Shown in pieces: positions 50,307 to 63,247 of a DNA stretch of 64,000 nucleotides. The stretch's first letter is position 1. Every line of letters starts with the position of its first letter. The DNA is from Fimicolochytrium jonesii (taxonomy: Eukaryota), in contig NW_026515686.1 of the NCBI RefSeq assembly GCF_025526975.1, positions 124,001 through 188,000 of the forward strand. The letters run 5' to 3'. Under the pieces are notes generated by a model. That model had not been told where the DNA came from. It did not search any database and worked only from the letters and a program-made list of their open reading frames with translations. The translations under genes and the position numbers were made by a program.

Positions 50307-53105
50307 ATGTCCTATATCCCAACAGCCCTCCTAGCCGACCTATCAAAACTAACGACCCAAGGCCCGACACCAGTTGCCGCCCCTACGAGAACCACATCCA
50401 CCCGCGCCCGTACATTCTCCCCCTCACATGTGGACGCCCTCTCCGACACACTATTCGCAACTTCCCCTCCCGCCAAACAAGCAACGGCGTACGGGTCGCC
50501 AGGGAGTCCGGGTCCGGCACAGGGCGCCCGATCCGCTCTCCAGTCCCAAGGCGGGGTGAAACGGCAGTACACAGCGACGAGCCAGAGCCAGAAAGAGAGA
50601 GACAAAGTGAGCCGGCCCGTGACGAGACAGGGGGTGAAGGATGACCTGGCGTTTGTGTATGAGCCGCCGACGGGGGTGAGTGCCGGGCTGGGCGCGCTGG
50701 CGGCTGCGCGGCCGGGGAGTCGGATGGGGCCGGTTGATGGGAACACTGCCTCTATGATACCACCACGAACGGATGCTTCGCAGGGGAACGCGGATGAGAA
50801 TGCGCCGCGGACGAAAGATGATATGATCGGGCAGCTGCTAGAAGGCCTCAACGTGGTTGCGCCCAATGTGCAGGATGTAAGCTCTCTCCCCTACGTTGCC
50901 TCACAACGCCGTTTTCGCAGTGATCCCTAAAACGAGCCCCCAATGTGTAGGACACCCCCGAAGAGATTGCGATGCTGCAAGGCCCGATGCGACCCGCCAC
51001 ACGGAAGGAGGTCGCACTCCTGAAACACACCATGCAAACCCTCGTCAAAGAGGTCGGCGCGGACATGGATACGGAGTACCCCACCGAGATGCACGCGTTC
51101 CTCGGCATCATCCAAGAAGAGCAAAAGATCTACGACGCAGTCTTCCAGGAGCTTATCCGGCAGGTGACGGTCAACATGATCGAGCGCGGGGAGGTGCTTG
51201 CGGAGATCAGGAATAGATATGCGAATATGTTCACCAAGATCCCCAAACATGTCAAGCACCTGCATATGGAGCTGGTCGCGCAACGGAAGTTGAACAGAAG
51301 GCTGACGTTGGAGCTGCTGCATTCGCGCGAGACGGTCGGGGAACTTATCCGGGACTTGGGGATCATCCGAAAGCATGATATGGATATCACGAAGAAGGCG
51401 CAGGACTCGCAGGAGAAGCTCGTCTCCGTGTTGACGCAAAGCGACAACACCGAGGAGATCCTGGAGGAGTACCATAAGCTGTACCGGATGCAGCGGGACC
51501 GGTTGGAGGACGCGGTGCGGATTGCGGAGCAGGAGAAACGCATGTGGGTGGACGCCGCGACGGCGCTGGCGTTGCGGATCGGGCAGGAGCATGGGATGAC
51601 CGATCTTGTGTTGCTGCAAAAGTACGAGCATGCCCGGTTACGGTGCACGAACCACATCACGACGATCCTAGCCAACACCAACGACTCCCAACTCCGCGCG
51701 CTCGAAAAAAAAATCGACGAGTGGCGCACGAAGCTGCTTCGGCTGTCCCAGTCCGTCGTCGAGGAGGACCAGCACAACATCGAGACGTTGGCCAAGATGC
51801 AGCGCGATATGGATATGGTGATGAAGAATCTCGAGGCGAGCGATTCCGGGCCGGGGGACCCACTCCTCGAGAACGAGCACCCGTTGGTGAAAGCGATCCA
51901 GATCCATGACGTGCAGAGCCTCGCGGACCATCTCCGCCGGTGGGTCGAGAGCGTCACCACCGTCGCGATCCGGTTCACTTCCGATCGGGATGTTGCGCTT
52001 CAAGAGCAGATCAGCGGGATCCGCCGAGAGACAGAACTCTGGGTCGAGGCGTGCTTCAAGCTGCTCCGCCGCAACGAGCGGAATACGAATGGGAGGGATT
52101 ATGCGCCGCTCAGCGAGTTTTTGAGTCGGATTGGGGTCGAGGTGCAGGAGTGGCTGAATAAGCTCGAACAGCGAGTGTCTGGCGACGACGGAATAGCCAC
52201 GCATGTGATTAGTTTGCAGAATCAGCTGGAAGATAGGTAAGGCTCGCCATCACACTATTCGTTGTTAGTTCGTCGAAACACTTGAGCTCACTTACTCTTC
52301 GCAGATACACGACTTACGGCGCAAAAGACCTCTCCAAACCCCTTCCAACCCCCGACCGCCAAGCCCTCTGCGACGCACTATACGCCTGGACCTCCCAAAT
52401 CGGCAAAAACATCATAGGTACATCTCAAATCCCAACTCCCTTCACGCCCACTCTCAGATCATTCACCCCCCATATGTTCCCCCCGCGTTAGACTCCCTCT
52501 CAAACACAACCGAAAAAGAACAACACAAAATTCCCCTCCACGTCGAAAACCTCCTCTCCCGCCTCTCGGACCAGTTGAACACCGATACCGATGTCAAAAA
52601 CGAAGGTACGCCCCCACCCCCACCCCCCCATCTCCCTCGCCCCACCTCCCCTCCCCTCCCCTCGATTAAACTCATCATTTTTATTTATCAGAAAACATGA
52701 AACTCCACACAAACATAACCGCCTGGACAGTCCAACTCCTCGTGCGCGCAGGCAAAGAGCGCCCCTCCGAATCATGGGACCACGCCTTCTCGCAGCTTCT
52801 GCAGGATCTGGCCGCGTTCAACATCAACCTTCTACGTGATTGTGCCGAGGTTGAGACGATCGGTGAAGATAACAAAAACTTGCAAGATTCTGTGAGGTGG
52901 GGTGATATGCCATGAATGATGATTGATTGGGATGATGAGAAACTGATGTGCTGATGGCTCTTTTTTTGGTAGGAGTTATTGCGATCACTGGACAACGGTC
53001 GCGAAACGGTTCCTGCAGAGCGAGAAGAAGAATGCAACGGAATTGTTTGAGCGCCCCGTGGTGCCGTTGAGCACGAGGCTGAATTTGGAGGATGACGAGT
53101 CGTGA
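50307..53105 (+). CDS. AXDND1: Axonemal dynein light chain domain-containing protein 1-like (coiled coil, flagellar)
   Basis: PATRKEVALL..EEQKIYDAVFQELIRQVTVNMIERGEVLAEIRNRY (Ax_dynein_light domain) in a long coiled-coil protein; the phase of the last exon is uncertain. Confidence 0.8.
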
Positions 53106-53746
53106 CACTGTTTTTTGTGTAGGGGAGGTGGGATGTAGGCTGGTACTTGTGTTTCAATCTTGAATGGTCGATGTCCGATGATTCATTGGGTATCAATTCC
53201 ATCATCGTACTCTTTGTGGCACATAACTTTGGGGTTCTGAGGGGGGTGGATGGAGAAGGGGAATCCAAGATTTCAAGATGCTGTGCATGGGATCGTGGTC
53301 CGAGTCTCCAGTTGATATCGCAAAATGTTTCTGCGTGCTGGATATGGCCCCGTCTTTTTCCGCGTGGAGATGGAGATACCCGTTTAACCCGTCTAATGGG
53401 GTATGTGTAGCTGCTGTTCAACGCCAGCTTGCGTGTGCTATATCATCGGTCGATGTTACCATATGGTTTCCAGGAGTTCATCGTTGGATTGTTTATCGTG
53501 GTGCTCCTTTTGACCTTTGCTGTCTTAAACTAATATGAATGTTCTGCTGTGGTTCTTGGCAATCATCATATGTATTCGCCGTCGTGGAATATACTGTATA
53601 AATCGGGACCTAAACAACCCACGCCGTGCGTAAAATGCGTTCCGAACATGAAAGCTACGAAACGGAAGCTACGCTAGCTACAGCCTTAGTAAACCATCTC
53701 ACATAAAGATCCCTAGAAAACCCCTATCCTCCGTCGCACACCCGCC

Positions 53747-56642
53747 TTACAAATCATCATCATCCCCATCAAGCACGATAGGTTGCTGCTGGCTCCCACC
53801 AAACGCCAACCTCGTCTGTCTCGTCCTGGTGCTGCTGGAAGCGGCGGCGGGGGCGGCAACGGCGGCGCGTTTGGGGGCCCGGCCGGTGTTGGTGGATGCC
53901 ATGGAGCCGGGGAGTTTGCGTTTAGCGGTTGTGGGTTTGGAGGAGGATGGGAGGGGATCTTCGTCCACGATGGGGTCGTCGTCGGTGTCTTCGATCACGG
54001 TGGCGGCCTATAAATATGTGGAGACGTAAGCACCGTCCTAATGTAATGGAGAGAGAGGGAGGACAAACCTTCCCACGCCCTTTCCCTTTAGCGGCGGTTG
54101 ACGCTCCGCGCTTTCCTCCCCGTCCTCTGGTGGCTGCGCCCCTCTTCGCAGCAGGTTTTCGGGTGGTTGGAACCTCGTCTTCCTCCAAGCTGTCTTCCAC
54201 GACGTCCATGTCGTCATCATCGTTTCTCCGGGAGGCCGCGGGCTGTCAACGCAGGAGTCAGCCACGTGCATGTCATACATTGAGAGGATTCCCACTAGAC
54301 GTACCCTTCCACTACGCGTTGCCGAAAGCATCTCGGGTTTGTTCCTTCTTTCCGCGCTTTCCGCGGCGAATTGGTCAAAGCGGGCCTTTTTCTCCCGCTC
54401 GATCTTCAGGATAGGAACGTAAGCTCATACTCATGGTCCACGAACGACCGAAGCCAGGAATAGCCACCTCGTCTTTGATCTTATCGTCGTCCTCGGTGTT
54501 GGACGTTCCTTTCAAATATGTTTGTGTTCGTACTAGGGACTCTCTCACGAAGCTGCCGTGTGGGGTTTGCGTCAACGACCATCACGCGATAAAGAGTTCT
54601 AGTTGTCCGCCTTCAAACGTACTCTTTGATAGCATCCTTATCATCCTTCTCCACAAACATTCGGACCGCATCCCCAAGTTCATTCTCCGGCAAGATATCC
54701 AGATTTTGGGCTGTGAGGTATTCCGCAACCAGATCTTCGACCCTGAAGTTCTCCAGCCTTTCGGGGAGGAAGGCGTCCATGTTGATTGCTTCTTTCTTCT
54801 TTCCTGTTGGGGTTACCCGGTCAGCACTAACCCAAGTCAACAGTATGATCTAGATTCATACAAGCATACCTGCACCTCCCGTTTGCGCGCGCTTTCTGTA
54901 AAAATGTAGGATGTCTTTCGGATTGGCGACGCGGTTGACGTACAGTTGCCCGAATCGTTGGGGGTTGAACGTTGTGAAGCCTCCACTATACTCAACCTAG
55001 AATGCGGCTACGTTTGTACCACCTCTTGTGTTTGCGACAGATTTCCCTCTGCAGTACCTTCAGCCTAACCAATGGCTTTGGCCAATCCTTCTCGGGCACA
55101 TCCGGGTTTAACTCGAGCCAATCTTGTAGTGCTGAGTCGATGTTGTGTTCGACCTGCACACCGCCAGCAAGTCAGTCCACATACGTCAGGCATTCGGAAG
55201 ACCTTCGTACAACACATACCCGCTCTTGCAGGAACTGATTGACCATTTTCTCATCCTTCGGCCTGAGGTCCTCGATGTCTTGAAGCACCACGTCGTCCAT
55301 GATGAATGGTCGCACCGTCCTCAAGCGCACAGGCTCTAGGTTGAAGTCTGAGCCACTGATTCGCAGGATAGCCACATGTCTAGACGAATGGAAGTAAGGA
55401 TACCGGAGTCATGACCCGCGACCGTACACTGACGTACTTTGGGACAGCTTCGCCTTCGCAGAGCGATGTAGCAACAGATGATCCTGGTTGTGTGATGTAG
55501 AAGTCTTGGGCCGAGTTCTGTACTGGGTGGACCAAGCATTCGTGTTCATGACCCCATAGGATCAGTTGCAGAAAGTCATCCAAAAAGTTTTCCGGAATGT
55601 AGTTGTTGGGACCGTGGGCAACTCTGTAGACAAGCTCGTTAAGATCGATTGTCCTTCTTCCTTCCGACGCACGTCCTACCTGTTCTGATGTATGACCAGC
55701 ATGTTGAACCAGTCCTCAGTGCCCTCACTCGGCCGAAACATCTTCACTTTCTTCTTCTGAAATGTCCTGTTCAGCCGCTCGTCCCGGACGTTGCCAAGAC
55801 CGTACAGCGCCAATTTGCTTTCGCCCTTCCGGAGTAAGATGGGTTTGATGGTGATGTCGTCCACCTCCACCTGCTTTCCAAAATAGTTGACCAATCCTGC
55901 GGCGCTAAGGAGGTCTAGAGCACATAGACTTCCGTCCTATTAAAAAAGAGTTCAGGAATGAACAAGCGGAGGAGAGAAATGACTAGGTCCCTACCCCTGA
56001 TGGATCGTCATGGTTCCCATGTATCGAGAAGATCGGCATTCCGACATTGTAATTTGGATCCTCATAGTTTACAGTCCCAAAACTACGGACGCAAAGAACG
56101 TTAGGCTTCATGATCCTTGGCATATATCCAACCAAAACCTTCCGATAGGTACCCGTTGGAAAAGTTCTCTTTCGAATCACTCAGGAATTCAACGGGACAT
56201 GGACGATCCCCCATACAGTACTTTCTCAGTAACGTCATCGTTTTGTGCATACACTTTCGGGACGGTTTATTGTCGTGGAAGAGGTCTCCTCCTAGAAGAA
56301 TGAAGTCCACCTACGAAGCACTGCTAATAAGTGCTGACTCCTGCTAAAAGGTGCTATCTATGTACATACTGCTTGTTCTTGAGCCAACTTAAGAATTTCC
56401 TCGAACGTCTCAAAAGAGTCATTTCCTCTTATCGGGTCCTTCTCGAGGTAGCCAATATGGTTGTCGGTAGCGACCAAAATTTTGAAGGTGTTTGCGTCCG
56501 CATCTTCAACAATCTCCGCAGCCGCTTGGACTGGGGTTGCTGGCGGTGGTGGTTGTTCGACCGCTGCTACCTCGTCCTCCTCCTCCTCCACGACGGGAGG
56601 AGGCTTCTTTGCCTGAGTGGGCCTTCGCCTTGAGGCCGACAT
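53747..56642 (-). CDS. MRE11: Double-strand break repair nuclease MRE11
   Basis: [70 protein letters not shown]. Confidence 0.97.
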
Positions 56643-56857
56643 GTGCTGAGCTTGCCAAGAAGCAGGCTGATAGCATAACAAACGCGCGGGCATAAAAGTC
56701 AAATCCTCTGATACCCCAAGTATGCGCCGTTCCCACCCGCTTCCACACCGATACTAGTCTCAGCCTCATTCAGTCGCCATCCCCGAGGACATTCCGTCCA
56801 CTCACCACCTAGATCACCTCACTTCACGCACCGCACCACAATAGCCGCACCCGCCAA

Positions 56858-57710
56858 ATGGACTCCCTACCCAACGCCACCGAGGCGGAAATCTCGTTGT
56901 CTCCGCAGGAAGTCGATGTGAGTTTCGTTCCAGTTGCGTCCCTATGAACTATAGGCATTTTTCCCGACAATTGCTCACGTTATTTCCCCACCAGCTCCTC
57001 CGCGAAGCATACTTGAAGGAGGAAAAGTCCCGCCCGCAGACAAAGTTCAACTATGCTTGGGCGCTAGGTATGGTATCCTTCTTTTGCCTTGTTGTTCAGA
57101 CAGATGCAATTGCTGAACGAATTTGTGGGGTGTAGTGCGAAGCCGCGCTAGGACTGACCAGGAGAAGGGGATTGAGCTTTTGCACGGTAGGCACACCATT
57201 TACCTCTATACCTATTGCTATTGGCGAACCAGAGGAATTTGAGTGAACTGCATCATCACGCCGCTAATAATCCGTCACCCAACCCCTACAGAGATTTACA
57301 AAGAAGTCCCCAGCCGTCGTCGCGAATGTCTCTATTACCTAGCATTGGGAGAGTACAAGATGGGCAATTATCGCGTATGTATATTGCAGGTTTACTCAGG
57401 AGAATGGAATGGGGATCATCGTTTCTCACCCCTTTTCTGAACACGCATCAGTATGCCCGCAAGTACAACGAAACCCTCCTCCAACTGGAGACGAGCAATC
57501 GGCAGGGGCTGGCTCTTAGGCAGTTGATTGATGCGAAAGTCAAGTCTGGTATGTCCTCCCTTGGTTTTGCAATGTGCTCAATGTTGATACTCACACTATA
57601 GTTGATTTACAGAGGGACTCGTGGGAATGGCGATCGTAGGGGCAGCGGTTGCGGCGCTTGGGATACTCACCGCGACGGTCTTCAGGAGAGCACCGGGGGA
57701 CCACAGATAG
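56858..57710 (+). CDS. FIS1: Mitochondrial fission protein Fis1
   Basis: [32 protein letters not shown]-terminal [18 protein letters not shown]; 6 exons. Confidence 0.95.
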
Positions 57711-58079
57711 ACGTGTGGAAGTGATGGATGTCGCCATAACGTCCTGCGGAGCCATCCAGTCCGAGGGTCAAATCGGCAAGATTTCAACTGGCAAACTCGA
57801 AATAGGTCACATGAACCTCATCGAAGGCGTACGAAAAGTTTTTGTTTAGGGTTGTAGGATAGGATGTAGAAAGGAAAATTTCTTTTGTTGTTTGGCTTCT
57901 GTTCCTACTGATTTCTAGTGAATTATACCTCGCTTGATATCGATACATCCCTTCCTCCTATCCCCTATAGTGTGATCATCCCACTGTCGTGCGGTGGCGG
58001 TGGGAGAGTGAACAAAAGAGCCAACGGGTATATAAAAGGTACACAGGGTGTATCAGGCCGTCACCAAGAACAACCGTGA

Positions 58080-58890
58080 GAACTTGGTCACCATTCAACG
58101 CATCATCGAGGATGCCGAAGGAATCCATTACCCTATCCGATCCCTCCGACCAGCAAGCCAAGCTCTTTAAGTTCAAAGCAGCCGGAAAGCCAATTTTCGA
58201 TGCTTGGAAGACAGGCCTCCGCTTGGCCTGGACGCAAGCTCGGTTGCATTGGGATGAGGAGATGTGGAAGAATGTGGTTTTCTCAGATGAATCCTCGTTC
58301 TCCATCTATTCCTCGACACGTGTCATGATCTGGCGTGAGCATGGTGATGCAGCAAAGTACCAAGCAGGGAACCTTGTGCCGAAAGTACAGAAGAACGGTG
58401 GAAGCGTTATGGTGTGGGGTTGCATCTCATGGGAGGGTGTCGGGCCGCTGCACATCTGTGAAGGGAAAGTCAACAGCGAGCACTATTCTGAGAAGGTGCT
58501 GGATACTATATATATACATTCTTGCCTTGGTTGAAAAACACCAAAAGAATCCCGACATATTCTTCAAGAGGACGGGGCCCCGCATTCACACTAGCAAGCC
58601 CACTTCAGCATTCAAAACGAACAACAACATCCTGGTGCTTCCGAACTGGCCTCCCAGCTCCCCCAATCTCAACATGATTGAACGACTTTGGTGGATTCTG
58701 GAGCAGATGATTAGGGCACCAAGTCCCCTTCCCAGTGGCAAACCTGCCCTCATCACAAACCTGCCCTCATCACAGCATTGAAGGAAGAGTGGCAAAATAT
58801 TCCTGTCAGCGGAAAGTCTCTATGGAGAATGTGTAAAGAGAACCGCAAGTGTCTGGCAAGCGGGGGGTGGGGCAACTGGATTTTAGGATA
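58080..58890 (+). mobile_element. Degenerate Tc1/mariner (IS630-Tc1) DDE transposase remnant
   Basis: WKNVVFSDES; GGSVMVWGCIS; QEDGAP..HTS (frameshifted); WPPSSPNLNMIERLW; frameshifts near 58510, 58565-58585 and 58740-58773; no TIR pair found. Confidence 0.9.
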
Positions 58891-59246
58891 GCTAGCAATT
58901 AACGCGCTTCCTTTTTCATGCTTGTAAGTACAGTATACATTTGTGAATACATCAGTTGTTGGCAACACGGGGGAAGATCGCCGTTGGGGGTGACTGACGG
59001 GGGCCGGCCCCTATATAACAACCAAGTGCCGTCAATTTCACGGAACCTACTGTACGTTTTGGAACGTCATTACAAATAGAACACCGCCCATTCTCCTTGG
59101 ACTTTCTTAGAAATAGACCTACTGTACAGTACATAGTAAGCAGGCGCATACAAAGGCAGTACACCCCTCACTGGAAGCCCTTTCGGCTTCGATAGTAGCG
59201 GAAACACTTGGGCTCGCTGCGACATCACCCTTGTCATCTAGCCAAT

Positions 59247-60955
59247 ATGAACTCGCTGAAACGACACGTTGCCGACCTTCGATTCACAAACTCCTTCACG
59301 AGAGATCTTGTCAAAGACGCCAGGACCCCTGGGGAACCCTTCGTCCGCCCCACCGTCCGAAATCCACTGAGCAGTGCCCCACGGCAGGTGCCAAATGCGC
59401 ACTTCTCGTACGTGCAGCCTGAAACAACTCCGGACCCTGTCCTGCTCTCTGTCAGCGAACCATGCGCTCAACTGCTTGACCTGGACGTGCCCGGGATATT
59501 GAAGGACCCAGAAGCGAAAAAAGAGTTTCTCGGGTTTGTTAGTGGGAACGAACTTCCAAAGACGACCAACTCTTGGTCGATGTGCTATGGAGGGCACCAG
59601 TTTGGAGTTTGGGCCAGTCAGTTGGGTGACGGCCGAGCGATAACGCTTGGCGAAATCGCGAACAGTCGAAACGAAAAGTGGGAGTTACAGCTCAAAGGGG
59701 CTGGTATGACCCCGTACTCAAGGTATGTATGATGCTTTGATCTGACTGAAGTTTTACTTCGGGCGCTAAGTCATTCTCTATATATATTCATTGCAGGTTT
59801 GCCGACGGTTACGCGGTCTTACGGTCTTCAATCCGAGAGTATCTGTGTTCGGAGGCAATGCATCACCTCGGAGTTCCAACGACACGCGCGCTCTCGCTTG
59901 TCGGGTCAACGCGCTTGGTACAGAGGGAAAAGGAGGAGACAGGTGCCGTCGTTCTTCGGCTTGCGCCCACCTGGGTGCGCTTCGGCAATTTCGAGATCTT
60001 CATTGCCCGCGGCGATGTGGAGAACATGAAGCGCCTAGCCGACTGGGTGATCAAGAACCACTACCCTGAATGCGATGCCCTCACAAACACCAAGTACTCG
60101 CAGTGGTTGCGGGAAGTCGTCCGCCGCACGGCCATCATGATTGCGGGCTGGCAATCGGTGGGATTCTGCCATGGTGTTATGAACACGGACAACATGTCGA
60201 TTCTCGGTCTCACGCTGGATTACGGACCGTTCCAATTTCTGGACAAGTACGACGCTGAGTACATCTGCAACCATTCCGACAATGGCGGGCGCTACAGCTT
60301 CGACAACCAACCGGGCATCGGCCTCTGGAACCTGACACGGCTAGCATCCTCCGTTAGTCCACTCATCGTCGAGGAAGTCGGAGGAGGGAAAGAGGACGCC
60401 GAAAAGCTGCTCCGAGAGATCCTGGCCGACTACTCGGTGCATTTCCACACTCGGTACCGCGAGCTCATGGGCAAAAAGCTGGGCTTCCTTGAAAATCGAG
60501 AAGACGATCTAGAGAAAATCGTCACCCCGCTGATGGAAGTCCTCGGCAAAGAGAACCCCGACCACACAAAGTTCTTCCGCCAACTGAGCACCGACTTTGC
60601 ACTGGCGCCCTCCTCCACACAACCCCCACTGGCATCCCCACTGGAGTCGTGGTATGCCCTCTACCGCGCCCGTCTCCTCTCCGAACTCCCCATCCCATCC
60701 GACGACGCCGCGTTAGCAAAAGCCGACAAAGAGCGCGTCGCACGCATGAAAGCAGCCAACCCGAAGTACATCCTCCGCAACCATCTCGCCCAACGCGTCA
60801 TTGAAGAAGCCGAGGCGGGCAAGTTTGAAGGGGTGAATGAACTGTTGAGCGTCTTGCAACGCCCGTTTGAGGATGGGACGCCTGAGGAGGAAAAGAAGTG
60901 GGCGGGGGAGGTGCCGGGGTGGGCGGAGATGTTGAAGTGTAGTTGTTCATCTTAG
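59247..60955 (+). CDS. SELENOO: SelO/FMP40 protein adenylyltransferase (Cys form)
   Basis: YGGHQFG..QLGDGRA; ELQLKGAGMTPYSR|FADG.AVLRSSIREYLCSEAM; RFGNFE; HGVMNTDNMSILGLTLDYGPF; NPKYILRN; ends KCSCSS*. Confidence 0.96.
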
Positions 60956-61344
60956 TTTTTGGGTTGAGGTGGTAGGGCACGAGTGCGTTGTAATGTCGGG
61001 CTGGTGGCATAGGATTAAGTAGCTGTTGGTCTTCTTCAGCTGTTTCTTTTTGGTCTATCGTTTGTCGTTTGATGAAGATTCCATATCTGTAACGCGATTT
61101 TTGTAATATACAGTACAACTCTGATGCACTTATGAATGTGGTTGCAATCCATGAGGTGTGGAAGAGTGGGCATGAGACACATACGGTGCGCAAGGAACGG
61201 CAAACATGTGGGTTGAAACCGGATACGTACATGTACAGTACGAGACGAAAGACTCGAAAACATGTGTGACGACGCGACGGGCCGACAACAACCGACTCAA
61301 CAGACGAAAAGACACTGAGGTCGCCACTCGAAGACGCAGCACGC

Positions 61345-63247
61345 ATGCCTATGCCTGTCGTCAACCGCAAGACCGGCGCTCAGGCAGCCCAGGCTTCTGC
61401 GGCAGGGCACGATGGCCAGGCATCACGGCCAACATCACTCCCGTCGAGCCCGTCGGTGATGGCTCGCGTTGCCGGGCTACCCTATGACCTCCTATTCAAC
61501 CCAACCCACTACTGGGCCCTCGCCGGCCTCCTACTGGTCTTCGAAAGCCTATTGAACGTGGCCATAATCCATAAAGTTAGCTGTACGTGACCATTAGTGT
61601 AGGTGGTCAATATGATCTCGACGCCGTTTCGGTGGGACACGACTTGACGACCCCTATTGCGCACATGTAGATACGAATATCGACTGGGTCGCATATATGC
61701 AGGAGGTGGAAGGGTTCCTGGCTGGAGAGCGCGATTATGTGAATTTGAAGGGCGAGACGGGGCCGTTGGTGTGAGTAACGGGGCAAGGAGGCGACGGAGC
61801 ATATGCCCGTTCGTAGGTACTGAACCTGGTGTCCGATGATTGCAGATATCCAGCAGGCTTCGTGTATGTCTATTCAGCATTATGGCATGTCACATCTCAG
61901 GGGACGAACGTACGGCTAGCGCAGTATATCTTTGCGGGCCTGTATTTGGTGACGATGGGGGTTGTTATGGTCGTTTATCGTAGGGCACTTCCGGTGAGTG
62001 CATTGGATGATGGTGTGGATGCATGTTAAGGGGGCCTCGATCTGATGATCCTCGCGAAATAGAACCAAGGGGCGTATTCGCTCATCCCCCTCGTCCTTTC
62101 GAAAAGGCTCCACTCGATATACACTCTACGGTTATTCAACGACACTGTGGCCATGCTGCCTCTGTACATATGCATCTTGGCCATGTCACGACGGAGGTGG
62201 ACGCTTGCGACTGTGTTCTACAGGTATTTGATCCCGCCGAAGCCTTTGTCTGTCGCATTCACTAAGCAAGTTCATCTCATGTACCCAGTCTTGCTCTGTC
62301 GATAAAAATGAACATCCTCTTATTCGCACCTGGAATGGCACTCCTAACCTATCAAGCTCTCGGGCTTCGGAAATCGATACGGAACGCTGGCATCGTTATC
62401 GCAATCCAGGTACGTTGGCGAGTCACCCTGTTCTCCTCTGGGTCCGTCTTAACTGCAAGCGTCCACCATTACAGGTCGTCCTTGCCCTACCCTTCCTCAC
62501 CACCCACGCGACGTCGTACCTCTGTCGAGCCTTTGATTTTGGCCGCGCGTTCTTCTACAAGTGGACCGTCAACTGGCGCTTTGTGGACGAAGGCACGTTT
62601 CTGAGCCGGCGATTCTCACGGACGTTGTTGGTTGCGCACGTGTTCCTTTTGCTCGTGTTTCTTGTTAAGTGGTGTGCGCCGTTTGGGGGCGTTCGGAATG
62701 TGGTCGCGCAGGGGCTTGCGAGGACATCAAAGACAGGAAGGAAGCCGCTTCCCGCAGAACGTAAGTTCATGGTCTTCCCTTCACTACCACAACTTCCCGG
62801 GCTAAACCAGAAACTCCATAGATATCGTCCTCGTGATGTTCATCTGCAACCTTATCGGCATCACATGCGCGCGCTCGCTTCACTACCAGTTCTGGTCCTG
62901 GTACGCGCATACTGTGCCGTACCTCGTCTGGCTGCCTGTAAGAAGAACGACCACGCCCGTCGGCGCCGGCGTTGGTGTCATCGTAAGGTGAGACGTCTGT
63001 CATAAGTTACAGACGGTTGCGTCGCTGGTCCATCTGCTAATCACCTGTCTTCATGTCTCTCCCGATGTTAAGAATCATCGCCTGCGTAGCACTTGAATAC
63101 GCGTGGAACGTGTATCCCTCGACGAACATTTCGTCGGGTATCATGCTGGCCGTGCATGCAGGGATGTTACTGAAACTCCTACTGGCGCCGCCGGTCGTTG
63201 TTGCGCCGACGCCTTCGCGTAAGAGCGAAGCGCCGAAGTTGTCGTGA
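61345..63247 (+). CDS. ALG3: Dol-P-Man:Man5GlcNAc2-PP-Dol alpha-1,3-mannosyltransferase
   Basis: [77 protein letters not shown]. Start ATG is 61345 or 61459. Confidence 0.95.

Noticed and set aside
57073..57081. GTATCCTTC resembling a U12 5' splice site in FIS1
   Set aside because: The reading frame requires the upstream donor at 57068; using this site would frameshift the protein.
57960..59135. Candidate TIRs flanking the Tc1 relic
   Set aside because: No matching inverted pair could be found on both sides.
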